The position numbers and the translations under genes are program-made. A stretch of DNA of 60,818 nt from a virus (lineage: Duplodnaviria > Caudoviricetes): positions 1 to 60,818 of the IMG/VR virus record IMGVR_UViG_3300032292_001138; one strand, written 5' to 3'. Position 1 is the first letter of the stretch, and each line of letters starts with the position of its first letter. This document shows, in pieces, positions 27,787-38,234 of this stretch. Under the pieces are notes generated by a model that was given only the letters and a program-made list of their open reading frames with translations, did no database searches and was not told the DNA's origin.

Positions 27787-28655
27787 TATTTAAACCTCAC
27801 TTCAGAATAAATTGCAATACTTGGCGCGGTGTTGTTGTTGTCTGCAATGCCCGTTACAGCCGCCATTGCTATCCCAGTAGTAAACGCTCTTTGCTCTACT
27901 TGCTGTGTTTCCAAGAAAAAAACAGCAGGATCAGAAGCGGTTCCGGCTGGGATTGTGATAACCATTACTGGTGTTGTAGTCCCTACAGTTACGCTGCCTG
28001 CTAATGCATTATAAATCTTAATGTAAACTGCTGAGGTGTTTTGATTAATAAAGGTCCAACCACGTAAAGACCCGCCCGAGCTTTTGACAGATACCGCTGT
28101 GTTGGTTAATGCTGTATTGCGATAATCGCTAAAACCCGAAATAGAAGTGGCAAAAAAACCGTCATTCGCTAATGTAACCCTTTGAGTCGATCCTGTGACA
28201 TTCCCTGTCCCGTATGCAATAGCATCGCTTGCGATAGCCACCGACAAAGAATTAGCCGCCGTCTTCGCCCCTAACGATGCAGGTATTTGTGCCCTAATAG
28301 CCGCTGTATCAAGCCCAATATAAGGCAGTACTGAGGCAACATTGTCTTTGATGTTGGAAACATTGCCATCAATAGTCCCCAATCCCCCATGAACCTGCTT
28401 AAGATACCATGCTGTCGTATGAGGATCAGGGTTGCCAGTGGTATCCCCTAGGGTAGTCACAATACTGGCAGAATCACTGCTAATACTGGTTAAATACCCC
28501 GTCTGCTCATCCTGTTTAGCGCTAGTAGCAGAACCGCTGCCCCCGCTACTCGCGACAACCTTCGCGACAATCGCGCGACCGTCAGCGGTAGTTGTGCCAG
28601 TGTCTGCATATTTTTCTACGGCGTTTTCGCCAATTGGCTTATAGATGTCAGCCAT
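27786..28655 (-). CDS. virion structural or fibre-like protein
   Basis: ATSAKQD, LGAKTAANSLSV, beta-rich C-terminus. Confidence 0.6.
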   Translation of the reverse strand: MADIYKPIGENAVEKYADTGTTTADGRAIVAKVVASSGGSGSATSAKQDEQTGYLTSISSDSASIVTTLGDTTGNPDPHTTAWYLKQVHGGLGTIDGNVSNIKDNVASVLPYIGLDTAAIRAQIPASLGAKTAANSLSVAIASDAIAYGTGNVTGSTQRVTLANDGFFATSISGFSDYRNTALTNTAVSVKSSGGSLRGWTFINQNTSAVYIKIYNALAGSVTVGTTTPVMVITIPAGTASDPAVFFLETQQVEQRAFTTGIAMAAVTGIADNNNTAPSIAIYSEVRFK

Positions 28656-28951
28656 TAGGGGGTCTCCATCAGGATCAAATCAGTGGTCAGTCCATCAAAA
28701 AGCGGGTGTACTTGAGTGACGCGATAGGACTTTGAACCTATAGATACGTTGGCATATTGCATCACCCAAGGGGCTTCTGAGGTCACAATTCTGGCTTTGA
28801 TTCGCCTTCCCTCCACATCGGCAAAGGCATCTGCATAATTATTGTCAACGATGGCGTTAACCGTAGCAGATTCCGAATTGTTGCTGATGGTGACGGGCTG
28901 GGCGAAATCAGCCAAATTAAAGAACGTGGTCAAGTCATCACTTAGCATCAT
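28655..28951 (-). CDS. head-tail joining protein (FII-like)
   Basis: DDLTTFFN..DFA...YRV...DG.T.LIL. Confidence 0.65.
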   Translation of the reverse strand: MMLSDDLTTFFNLADFAQPVTISNNSESATVNAIVDNNYADAFADVEGRRIKARIVTSEAPWVMQYANVSIGSKSYRVTQVHPLFDGLTTDLILMETP

Positions 28952-29192
28952 CGGGAGGCTGTGAGGTTTCGAGGGTAATCAGAATGTTTGGACCATGGAC
29001 CGCAACCATTAGCAACAGGTTATAGACCGCCGCAAAATTAGAGCTTGCTGCCAATTCGTTTGCAAGGGCTTCGATTTGGGGCAAACTGGAACCAACGCCA
29101 TAGGTTTGATCGCCGTCAATGACATTACTCTGAGTGACAACTACTTTAATTTGTGCAGACATATCGCTGATCCTTTGAGGTCTAAGTTTCAT
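28938..29192 (-). CDS. hypothetical protein
   Basis: ORF in head operon; start uncertain. Confidence 0.5.
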   Translation of the reverse strand: MKLRPQRISDMSAQIKVVVTQSNVIDGDQTYGVGSSLPQIEALANELAASSNFAAVYNLLLMVAVHGPNILITLETSQPPDDAK

Positions 29193-29217
29193 TCTGTTAT
29201 CAACTTAAAAATTACTT

Positions 29218-29421
29218 TTAAGCTTCTGGTTTAGGCTCTGCTTTAGCTCTTGCCTTGACTGTGGGGGCTGGTTCCACTTTAGGGGTGCGGTTATATTCAC
29301 ACTCTTCAACGCTCTGGGGGCAGAAGATTTTTCCGTCATCATCGGAGTGGAAACTGTCCCCACAGATTTTGCAGTACGGGATTCCGTTATTGGCGTAATA
29401 GTCCGTGGGTAAATCAGCCAT
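29218..29421 (-). CDS. small Zn-finger protein downstream of capsid
   Basis: YCKICG...FCP...C. Confidence 0.55.
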   Translation of the reverse strand: MADLPTDYYANNGIPYCKICGDSFHSDDDGKIFCPQSVEECEYNRTPKVEPAPTVKARAKAEPKPEA

Positions 29422-29422
29422 G

Positions 29423-31756
29423 TTACACCGCCACATCCGTTGTGCGAATATTGACCACCCGAAGCTGTTGCTCTGCATTGACCGCCGGATCAACGTCAAG
29501 ACTTGCAACTTCCTCTTGGCTGTACCAGATATAAGAATCCAAGCGTTGGAACCGACGCATTTCGTCCATCCGGATCTGCACTTCCATCCCAATCGCACGG
29601 GCGACAGCATTTGCCCCAAAAGCATAGCTAGACCGTGTGAGGCGGCTGCCCACCCCTAGGGTTTCGTTTTGCACACCTTCCGATCCAGCATTGCCGACGG
29701 AACTTGCATTGGAAGTGAAAATATGGAAGTTGCAGTAGGTTCCCAAATACCCTGACACCACCGGAATCTCGAAGTTTGTGGTACTGCTCATCAGGTTGGA
29801 CAATTGCCGCAAATCATCAGTGGTGATGTATCGCATCCGTTCGCCTAAGCTATTCCGCAATTGTGCTGTTCCCGTAGGAGGCAACACCAAATTGAGGCAA
29901 CCCATTTCGTCCACAGGGATTTGCAGATTCCCCACCATGTACGAATACAGGTTGTTTAAGAACGTTTCGGAAATCCGTCCGTCGTCACCAGTGCCAACAT
30001 TAGCAGGGGTCAACTCCACCGCACCACGCTTGTTATAGACCACGCGGGTCGTAGCGGCGTAACGATTGCGAATCACCATGTCAATATAACGCTGGTAATC
30101 ATGCCCTAAACGGGACCGCACAATGGTCTCTAACGGACGCATGGAATAGGCGCTTACAAATTGAGGGATGCCAATCGGTTCCGCTCCACTCACCCCGTCT
30201 TTGCCTAAACCTAATTCCTTGAGAGTTACGGATACCGCACCAACGGAAACAGGCTGACGGCTGCTAGAGAGGTCTACCCCAGGGGTCAAGATCCGGTCGT
30301 TAATACTAGCGGGGGCTGGGATATAGCGGTCACGGCTTACTTGGATCGTGTCCCCAGGACCTTTCCCTAATTCCAGATTATAGTTAGGGAATTGCCACCA
30401 AATAAATTGCGGCGTATGGGTCACACGGACATAAGCCGACAGATAATCCAACAGCAATGATGGGACATCGGTTTTAGCGGTACTAGCGCGGGTTTCAGTG
30501 GCGACAGAACCGCACAGTAAGCCGTGCGCTCTAGCGTAAGCTTCTATTTCAACCCGCAGCGCGTCTTGATTCTCCCGAAAATACTGGTCAATCTGTCCGT
30601 TATACCGTTGAACTACTTGCCGACCAGTCTGCTTGTCTACCCATACCGCACTCAGCGCCCCATCTACAAGGGACTCAAATTCCCTCAATCGCCCCTGAGT
30701 GTGATCGCGATTTGCACCTAATGAGGTGTTAACCATCGGCTTAGGCAGCGGATTGGCTAAAGGCTTGGCATCAGGGGTTTGTTGCTGCTGTAACGCTAAA
30801 AATTGGCGATTAGCTTCGGCAATAGAAACATTTTCTTCAATCAGTTTTTGGGCTAACTCAGGGTTACCCATGCGATTCCCTAAAGCGAGAATACTGGCAC
30901 AACGTTCCGCTTCTTGGGCGCGAATCTGTGTCTCACGCTCTGCTGAAATGACTTGAGGCTGTGGAGCAGGTGCAGGTTCAATCTTAGGATCGAACTCAGC
31001 CCGTACCGCTGCCATAATTTCTTCCATTGTTGGCATAGTGGCATCCGTGGGGAGATTTTCTGAGGCTTCAGTAATATTCGTGGCTTCTAAAGTACCAAAT
31101 GAGTTTGTTCCTTTAATGGTTACGGGGTAGCTCTCTTCTGATTCGCTTCGCCCAATCCCCACCCTGTAATCAGCGGGTACGGTAACGATAGAAACTTCCA
31201 TTGGAGTCCAACTCATAGCGCGGTAGGTATCCATGCCATCGTCACGCATGGTTTCACAGCGCAATTCGTTTACGACATAGCCAATGGATACGTTCCGCAA
31301 AATGCCGTCTTTAATATCTTGGAGCTTCTCTTGGGCGATAGAATTTTTACTGAATCTCACCCCTACCCGCAATTTACGCTCTTGCACCCACGCCCGTTCG
31401 ATCACCCCGATAGGGCAATCAGAGTTATGATTCCACAGCACATTAGCGTAAGCTTCAAATCGGCTTAGGTTAATAGATTCAGGGCTATGGTCTAGTATCT
31501 CTTCGCCAAAATAGCGCGTTACAGGATATTCCGAACTGCAACTAAATTCCATGTAACGGTCTTCTGGGGACCCGTCGGACACATCTTCGTCTACATCTTC
31601 AGGGGCGTTTTCATGATCCGGCGATTCCGGTTCGATTACTTCAAATCGGTATAACTTAGGCAGTGCCGCTGGGGGGGCTGGCTTGGGGTTGGTTGGCAGC
31701 GGGTTCTGTGATGGTGTTTTGGGCTTGGCTTGGCTGGTTTTGGTTAGGGATGACAT
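29423..31756 (-). CDS. Prohead protease-scaffold-major capsid fusion
   Basis: VLWNHN, NVSIGY, EVSIVTVPAD (HK97-type protease); helical linker; capsid domain. Confidence 0.88.
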   Translation of the reverse strand: MSSLTKTSQAKPKTPSQNPLPTNPKPAPPAALPKLYRFEVIEPESPDHENAPEDVDEDVSDGSPEDRYMEFSCSSEYPVTRYFGEEILDHSPESINLSRFEAYANVLWNHNSDCPIGVIERAWVQERKLRVGVRFSKNSIAQEKLQDIKDGILRNVSIGYVVNELRCETMRDDGMDTYRAMSWTPMEVSIVTVPADYRVGIGRSESEESYPVTIKGTNSFGTLEATNITEASENLPTDATMPTMEEIMAAVRAEFDPKIEPAPAPQPQVISAERETQIRAQEAERCASILALGNRMGNPELAQKLIEENVSIAEANRQFLALQQQQTPDAKPLANPLPKPMVNTSLGANRDHTQGRLREFESLVDGALSAVWVDKQTGRQVVQRYNGQIDQYFRENQDALRVEIEAYARAHGLLCGSVATETRASTAKTDVPSLLLDYLSAYVRVTHTPQFIWWQFPNYNLELGKGPGDTIQVSRDRYIPAPASINDRILTPGVDLSSSRQPVSVGAVSVTLKELGLGKDGVSGAEPIGIPQFVSAYSMRPLETIVRSRLGHDYQRYIDMVIRNRYAATTRVVYNKRGAVELTPANVGTGDDGRISETFLNNLYSYMVGNLQIPVDEMGCLNLVLPPTGTAQLRNSLGERMRYITTDDLRQLSNLMSSTTNFEIPVVSGYLGTYCNFHIFTSNASSVGNAGSEGVQNETLGVGSRLTRSSYAFGANAVARAIGMEVQIRMDEMRRFQRLDSYIWYSQEEVASLDVDPAVNAEQQLRVVNIRTTDVAV

Positions 31757-33257
31757 TTGGGAACACTCCATATTTTTTCTGTAATTCCTGTTCGGCTTTG
31801 AGTTCTTTCAGCACCTCTTCATAGTCTTGTCCTGTGGTTTCTTGGACTACCCAAGTTCGGGAAACTAATCCGTTCTCAATTAACTTGATATACGCATCGG
31901 CTTCTTTGTCAGGGTCTTGAAGTCGGATACCTGGGAACTGCCAAGCGGGTTTGTGGTAACGGTCGTAACGGAGCCAATAATCAGGCAGTGGCAAATCATT
32001 GGCTAACACTGCCTGATCCATCCAAATCCCGTAAACCACGCTGTGGAACTTCTCACAGAACCATTTCTGCGCCGCTCGGATTTCTGGCAAAGACTTAAGC
32101 TGTTCCATTCGTGACTGGGAATAATTATTTTCCGAAAAGTCCCCAGCGGCGCTGCTGTAAGTCGTGCCAGTACCCACAGCGGCGTGTTTGATTTGAGTAC
32201 GGATAAATTCAATAGAATTAGCGTCAGGCGCAGGAATTGGGGGGATGGTAATATCTTCTCCAGGCAACAATTTCCGTAATACCCCTTCTGGAATGTTCTC
32301 CTCCATCGGGTTGGAGCCATCTGGCAATAATTGTTCGGAGCCATATTCCTGTAAATCTGGCTGCCTGACAAAAAACGAAATATTAGCCGCTACCCGCGCT
32401 CTGGTTAACAAGCTTTGCTCAAACTTGGTTAGGTTCCAGAGCTTTGTTAGCGATGCATAGAGCCAAGGGATTCCCCTGAGTTGGTGCGGCTCTTCCATTG
32501 AATAAATATGGATTATTTCACTTGCTGGGACCCGTTCCGATAACAGCGCCGTCGTACCATATTGTTCAGTGGCATTGGCGGGGGTAATCCAATAAGCGAC
32601 GGGCTTCAACCAAGGATCGACCTCAATCCCCATAAACAAGCGATTGCCACCCGTAAGAAACTGGCTATGGATCAACGCTTCGTCTAACTGTTGAGGGGCG
32701 ATAAATTCTAGGGATAAAGGAACCTTGCTGTTGCCGCTAGATTTTTTGATAATCCTAATTAGACATTCGCCCTGCACGATGACAGTACGCAAAATCAGCC
32801 GCTCTAATTCCCAGAAATTTAACCGTTCTGTTACTTCGCAGTTTTTGCCCCATTCTTTCCATTTTGCTTCTATCAAGTCATTGACCGCGCTAGCCATGCC
32901 TGATCCACGGAGTTGTTCTACTTTGGACTGCAAATTAATTCCACAACCCGCGATATTATTCAGTAAAGATTGCACAATTGCCTTAGCCACAGGATCGTTC
33001 CGAACCAAGTCCACAGACCTAGCCCTCAAAATTTGCAAGCTATTCCGCAAATGGGCATTAACGGTAAATCCATCCGCTGTAATCTGGTCATCGGTTAAGC
33101 GATTTCGCGACGCACCGCCAAACCCCGAAGGTCGCCCTCTGCCAAATTCGCTGATGGGCGCGATGCTTCGCGATAGACCGCGAATTAGCGACAGCGCGGG
33201 TGAACGCTGCCAATTGGTGAGATTAGACCAGGTGAAAGTAGAAAGCAATTTGTTCAT
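31656..33257 (-). CDS. Portal protein, lambda family
   Basis: LRARSVDLVRND, GIEVD...PVAYW, QLRGIPWL, GDFS.NNYSQSR, DP.KE. Confidence 0.93.
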   Translation of the reverse strand: MNKLLSTFTWSNLTNWQRSPALSLIRGLSRSIAPISEFGRGRPSGFGGASRNRLTDDQITADGFTVNAHLRNSLQILRARSVDLVRNDPVAKAIVQSLLNNIAGCGINLQSKVEQLRGSGMASAVNDLIEAKWKEWGKNCEVTERLNFWELERLILRTVIVQGECLIRIIKKSSGNSKVPLSLEFIAPQQLDEALIHSQFLTGGNRLFMGIEVDPWLKPVAYWITPANATEQYGTTALLSERVPASEIIHIYSMEEPHQLRGIPWLYASLTKLWNLTKFEQSLLTRARVAANISFFVRQPDLQEYGSEQLLPDGSNPMEENIPEGVLRKLLPGEDITIPPIPAPDANSIEFIRTQIKHAAVGTGTTYSSAAGDFSENNYSQSRMEQLKSLPEIRAAQKWFCEKFHSVVYGIWMDQAVLANDLPLPDYWLRYDRYHKPAWQFPGIRLQDPDKEADAYIKLIENGLVSRTWVVQETTGQDYEEVLKELKAEQELQKKYGVFPNVIPNQNQPSQAQNTITEPAANQPQASPPSGTA

Positions 33258-33793
33258 GGATTTGAGAACCTCACAGGGGCGTACCGAGGATCTTTAATTT
33301 CGCCCCTGGCTAACTTTTCGAGGCGTACACGGTTTTGCCAAAACAATAATTGATTATGTAAATCCCTTAAATTTTGATTCTGCTTCTCTCTATCCCCAAT
33401 CTTGTAACTTTCGACTGTCAGCGCTCCTTCGTAAGCCGCTGAGACCCTTTCTAACATTTGCTCTGCATAGGTTTTCGCGGTAAATGGCGCGGTAATCACT
33501 GCAAAATTTGCCAGAATTTCTATTCTGCCTGTGGCGATGGTGTTGCGGATTCCGGTTTTACTCGCTACGGCTTGCCAGTAATATGTCGCTACGGTTAAGC
33601 CGCTGGTTTGGATTGTGGTCAAATTGAAGTCATACCCATCATCAGGGTTAGGAGTTCCGTTGATTGTAAGAGTGGTTGCCCCTGCCAATATGTACACAAA
33701 GCCATACCCGTCTGACGGTGCGTAATCATCTACCTTGTCAGACCAAGTGGCGGTGTCACCAGCCGTAAGTTGTAGCGGAATGTTTAGGCTCAT
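33254..33793 (-). CDS. gpW-like head completion protein with N-terminal Ig-like extension
   Basis: SYKIGDRE...LRDL just upstream of portal. Confidence 0.7.
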   Translation of the reverse strand: MSLNIPLQLTAGDTATWSDKVDDYAPSDGYGFVYILAGATTLTINGTPNPDDGYDFNLTTIQTSGLTVATYYWQAVASKTGIRNTIATGRIEILANFAVITAPFTAKTYAEQMLERVSAAYEGALTVESYKIGDREKQNQNLRDLHNQLLFWQNRVRLEKLARGEIKDPRYAPVRFSNP

Positions 33794-33924
33794 GGGGTTT
33801 TGCGAAATCAAAAACAGTATAAGGACGGAAATCAATCCTTATATTGTTTGAGTCCGTCATAGTTTTTTGGATTTTCTATGGCGGCTTTTCCCTTTTGCCC
33901 AAAACATTCCAAAAGCAAAAAACA

Positions 33925-33966
33925 AAAAACCCGTCATGCGCTCACTCCTGTTTGCATGACGGGTTT
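33925..33966 (-). terminator. Intrinsic terminator
   Basis: AAACCCGTCATGC...GCATGACGGGTTT. Confidence 0.65.
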
Positions 33967-34019
33967 AACGGGTCCTTAAAAATGTCCAGTTCTTAAGTCT
34001 AGATCAAGGTTACCATAAG

Positions 34020-37000
34020 TTAGTACATCGCATAATGATTATTAATTGCGGTTTCAATATCTATCCTAGCGGCATCTATATCAATTCCATAGCCAATCAT
34101 TTCCGAGATGTAGCCATTCCAGCCAGCCCCGACCGAGCCTTCTCTAACTCCAATTCTTAGCCCAGACGAGCCGTCTGTAACGGTATTTCCCCCGCCGACT
34201 GGCGCTGAAACCGTCCGTCCGGTTCCGTTAATCCAAAGGCTGTCTAGCCCTGATGAAAATTGCCGCTGAGTCCAAATATTTAAATTGCTGGTAGCGCTAT
34301 AGGCGGTAGAGTCTGTGGTTTGATTGCTTGAAGGTGCTGCGCCATCAGAAGAAATATAATAATCCGTGGTGTAATTGAAAATCTGAAAAGATTTAACTTT
34401 AGTTGTATCGCGTTCTGTTAAAAAAGCCCCACCGCTAGAACTGGTACGACGGTTAACCGCAAACAATGATAAATAGCCAGAGTAAGAGCCGCTGGTTAGC
34501 CCTTGAGACGTATTTTCTAAATACTGGGAACCGTTAAACAATATTGACGGCTTCCCATTTTGCAGAATCACATTCCCAAATATATCAACGATTTGCGGTT
34601 GCAAACTTAAACTTGATTGCGAAGCATGAATCCCATTCCCTGACTGATCGTACCATGTTTCTAAATACCCAGCCCCGCCATTACACCATGTCGACAACGT
34701 ACCATTTGCAATTTCGATACCTGTAAAATTTTGCAATTGATTATCTAAAGCCCTTCGCACTCGAATGATGCTTGTGGTAGTGGAACTGATTTGGCGTAAT
34801 GACCAACCTGCTAACAATCCCGTGGGGAAATCATCTAGTAAATATGTAGTAGGACCAACGCCGCCACTGGCACTAATCTCTAATTTGTTTGTGCCGCCGT
34901 TGTAACTAATGGATACGTTTGCCCCTGCTACCAAGAAAGAACGGATTGTGCTTTGAATCAGCGCAATAATATCGGTATTTGCATAATTAATTACCCGCCA
35001 ATCCGTCCCAATCTTTTGCAAAATCACCCCTGATCCGCCAATGTTTAGCACAAGGGAACTGCTGCCCATGATTGTGCCGCTGGGCGGGGTCACGGTTAAT
35101 GGATTCGCTCCAAATCCTGTAATACTGTTATTCCCGAAAGAGTCGAAAATCCAAACGATTCCGGTGGCGGGTAATGTGATAGCGAACGATCCGCCGCTGG
35201 TATTGCAAGGGATTCTGTCGTAATTAGAGGCTGTGTAATTACTGGTTTTGACGGACTGATTTACGAAAGATTCTACCCCTAGGTTTTGCCTAGCTAAGGC
35301 TGGGCTAGTCAGGTCTGCTAGGTTTTGCGAACGCTGTAACGCGCTATTAGCTAGGCTGCTAGTGGTTGGGGTTACATTCGTAAATGAAGGGACGGTACTG
35401 GTTAGAGTGCCTGAGCCAAAGTATTTGGGAAACCCTCTCCCTACCACCTCAGACATTTGATAAATAATGCATCTCACCTGAGTTTGCACTGCCCCAAAAT
35501 CCGTAATCTGTTGACTGCTAAGGTAAGCAATTTCTGGAGCCGTTGCAGTTATCGTCCGCACTACCGACGCGCCATTAAGAATATCAATTTCATAGCGCTC
35601 TGCGAACTCGCTAAGCTTAGGCGCGGAACCCGCTGGGGGCGCGGCATCGTGGCGGTCGCGACGGTTCCACTTGATCGCGATGTCGCTACCGATTAAGTAC
35701 GCAATGGGATTGATTACGGGGTAAGGTTCTAAATCTTTGTTCGTATAAGTGAAGCTGGTGGCGGTTACATCTTCGAGGGATTGCCCTGATGTAATCCCTT
35801 TGTAGAGATAGGTTTGGTTTAGATCGGCTAAGGTTCCACTGACCCGCTGCACCGTAGAGAGTAAATAGAATCTCTCATTAGCCTGATGCCCTGCAATTGC
35901 CCAATCAGTACCGCGCTGTCCCCTGACTAGGTTTCCCAATTGATAGGTTTTTACGTCGGTTAACGTGACGCTATTGGCGGATAGAATTTCATTCCCTAAC
36001 AAGAATAAGCCTGTGGGTGCTGCCAATTCCCCTGATTCTAATTCAACGGTAATTGTGTTAGTGGTGTCGATGCCACTGCTAGACCATGATCCAAGGGTGT
36101 TTAGGGCAACTCCCATTGTGCTAGCTGAGGTAAATTGCTTGCTGAGGGAATAGTTTGCACCGCCATCAGTGGAATAGTAGACACTGCCTGATCGCCATTT
36201 GGGGACTGACCCCCGAGCGGCAATATACATTCCGTAATCTGTTTCTGTATCTTTGATAAACGGAATGTCTAATAAATAAAATACGGTATCCCCTTGAAAT
36301 GTAATCGTGCTAGGGGCTGGCATAATTGGCGTGGCGACTGCCTCATACTTGCCATAATTCGCTAAATCACTATAGCGATAGGCTTCGCAATTTAGGAGTA
36401 AATTCGCCCCTATGTCAATTTTGGTTAAAACTAAATCTTCAATTCCAAAGCCAAAATCAATGCTGATTCTATCCCCTGACTGCAATCGCAAATATTTAAA
36501 AGCTAATGCAAAACGGTATGTATGACGGCGTATCCATACCAAATGAATCGCAATATTTACAGCAGTTTGCGCTTGCCATCCTTGCAAAACAATTGGTAAT
36601 TGAGTGGTGTTTTTGTTCAGAATATTGGCTGTGACATACCGCCCATAGACCATATTCTCTTGATAATCCCGTTCTCTTGAGAAGTAGACTAATGCCACCT
36701 CATAGGGCAATGAAATGGTTTCAGCAATGGTATGGGTGTAATTGTTGGATCGCTCTCCATTAGCTTCATGGGCGGCTAAATCTTTAGTGTTAATAGTAAC
36801 GGCGGATTCTCGCTCAGGGGGAAGGAATTTTAGTTTTAGCGAATCCAACAAATCGAAGTGATAGATACTCGCTAAATCTGCAATGCAATCCCGTGCGCTA
36901 CGTTGGCTGGTCACTGCATAGCCCCATAGATTCCCTGTGACGCAATCAGTTTCTATTTCCGATTCTTGAATGCCCACAGATTTACAGAAATAGGTTAGAG

Positions 37001-37790
37001 CTTCGCTGAGTTGGGTTTCTTCTCTGACAAAATAGCCGTCTACAGGGTGTCGATACCCTGAGTTGATTACTTCCACCTTGACTCTTGGGAAGTTGCCACC
37101 AAAATCAAATAATTCCCCTGGATTATCAGTCAGGGGCAATCCTTCAAAAACTATGTATGCTATACCCCTAAACGCTGGGGTGCGGCTCACCCCTTCCTTG
37201 GATTGGATCAATGGATCGGGATTCTGAGTTGAGTTTCCGTTGTAAATGCGAACATAACGGCTAAATCTATTGGTGGCAGCCCGTGACGTTGACCCCGCTG
37301 GGTAGAAATACCATCGTCCGTTTTGCCATTCTGCAATCTCGTATTCGTGACCACTCCATAAACCTGTAGGTTTGCTGCCCACAGTAAATTTTGTTCCATT
37401 TGGGGGATTAGTGGGCGGGTTGTTTTGGCTGGGATAACCTATGGCGGGGTCAGCCGTCATATCATAAACAATGCGATCATTTAGCCAAATTCGACTGATG
37501 CCAACAATCGGACCCTTGCAAACCAGTACCGCAAAATCCCCATAATAGGAGTAGAGCGTTCCCTTTGCGCCCGTTCCCTTTCCAGATTTACGCTTAACCT
37601 CTCTTTTGGGTTGCGCCCAAAACATATTACAGCCCACCAAGCAATTCCCCACGATTTCAGGAATCATTTGCCCATAGGCTGATTTTGGTGCAGATAAGTC
37701 CATAATTCTCGGACCTTCTTTCGGGCTAAGCAATCCCAATAGTTGATTGGTGACAAGCCCCACCGCTAGGTTAAGCAAAATACTGGTCAT
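34020..37790 (-). CDS. Tail tip / host-specificity protein (RcGTA g15-like) with C-terminal lectin-like domain
   Basis: EGPRI.DL..SAYG..IP, PAFRGIAYIVFE, RGQRGT, W.RR; C-terminal ConA-like region. Confidence 0.88.
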   Translation of the reverse strand: MTSILLNLAVGLVTNQLLGLLSPKEGPRIMDLSAPKSAYGQMIPEIVGNCLVGCNMFWAQPKREVKRKSGKGTGAKGTLYSYYGDFAVLVCKGPIVGISRIWLNDRIVYDMTADPAIGYPSQNNPPTNPPNGTKFTVGSKPTGLWSGHEYEIAEWQNGRWYFYPAGSTSRAATNRFSRYVRIYNGNSTQNPDPLIQSKEGVSRTPAFRGIAYIVFEGLPLTDNPGELFDFGGNFPRVKVEVINSGYRHPVDGYFVREETQLSEALTYFCKSVGIQESEIETDCVTGNLWGYAVTSQRSARDCIADLASIYHFDLLDSLKLKFLPPERESAVTINTKDLAAHEANGERSNNYTHTIAETISLPYEVALVYFSRERDYQENMVYGRYVTANILNKNTTQLPIVLQGWQAQTAVNIAIHLVWIRRHTYRFALAFKYLRLQSGDRISIDFGFGIEDLVLTKIDIGANLLLNCEAYRYSDLANYGKYEAVATPIMPAPSTITFQGDTVFYLLDIPFIKDTETDYGMYIAARGSVPKWRSGSVYYSTDGGANYSLSKQFTSASTMGVALNTLGSWSSSGIDTTNTITVELESGELAAPTGLFLLGNEILSANSVTLTDVKTYQLGNLVRGQRGTDWAIAGHQANERFYLLSTVQRVSGTLADLNQTYLYKGITSGQSLEDVTATSFTYTNKDLEPYPVINPIAYLIGSDIAIKWNRRDRHDAAPPAGSAPKLSEFAERYEIDILNGASVVRTITATAPEIAYLSSQQITDFGAVQTQVRCIIYQMSEVVGRGFPKYFGSGTLTSTVPSFTNVTPTTSSLANSALQRSQNLADLTSPALARQNLGVESFVNQSVKTSNYTASNYDRIPCNTSGGSFAITLPATGIVWIFDSFGNNSITGFGANPLTVTPPSGTIMGSSSLVLNIGGSGVILQKIGTDWRVINYANTDIIALIQSTIRSFLVAGANVSISYNGGTNKLEISASGGVGPTTYLLDDFPTGLLAGWSLRQISSTTTSIIRVRRALDNQLQNFTGIEIANGTLSTWCNGGAGYLETWYDQSGNGIHASQSSLSLQPQIVDIFGNVILQNGKPSILFNGSQYLENTSQGLTSGSYSGYLSLFAVNRRTSSSGGAFLTERDTTKVKSFQIFNYTTDYYISSDGAAPSSNQTTDSTAYSATSNLNIWTQRQFSSGLDSLWINGTGRTVSAPVGGGNTVTDGSSGLRIGVREGSVGAGWNGYISEMIGYGIDIDAARIDIETAINNHYAMY

Positions 37791-37793
37791 AAT

Positions 37794-38234
37794 CTAGCCT
37801 CTGTAATCAAAAATATGGGTAATCCGTTTTTGCCATAGGTCTGCGATCAGGCATTCCACCACAAACGGATGAGTCTGATAGGCGTGAATCATATAGATTG
37901 TGCCATCGGGTTTAATATCTGAAACTATGGCGCAATGCTGAGGCTCATCGCGAATCCGAAATATTAGCACTGAACCGATTTGCGGGTTGTTTCTATCGGC
38001 TTCGTCTAAGTATTCTTTCATTAATGGAACCATCAACCCATAGGGATGGCTGCCATACCCTACGACGCGGGGATCTATTTGGGGTAGATTTGCGGGTAAA
38101 TATCCCAACTCAGCGCCCACACCTCGAATTAATCCAAGGCAATCAGAGCCAATATTTTTAACAGAAGCCTGGTGCAGATATGGTGTGCCTAGCCAAGTTC
38201 GGGCGGTTTCCACAATTCCAGTACGGTTTATCAT
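37794..38234 (-). CDS. NlpC/P60 tail peptidase
   Basis: ARTWLGTPYLHQ...DCLGL...HCAI...IHA. Confidence 0.92.
   Translation of the reverse strand: MINRTGIVETARTWLGTPYLHQASVKNIGSDCLGLIRGVGAELGYLPANLPQIDPRVVGYGSHPYGLMVPLMKEYLDEADRNNPQIGSVLIFRIRDEPQHCAIVSDIKPDGTIYMIHAYQTHPFVVECLIADLWQKRITHIFDYRG

Noticed and set aside
34020-37790. Diversity-generating retroelement targeting the tail tip
   Set aside because: No reverse transcriptase or TR/VR pair seen; the 110-bp duplication is exact and lies elsewhere
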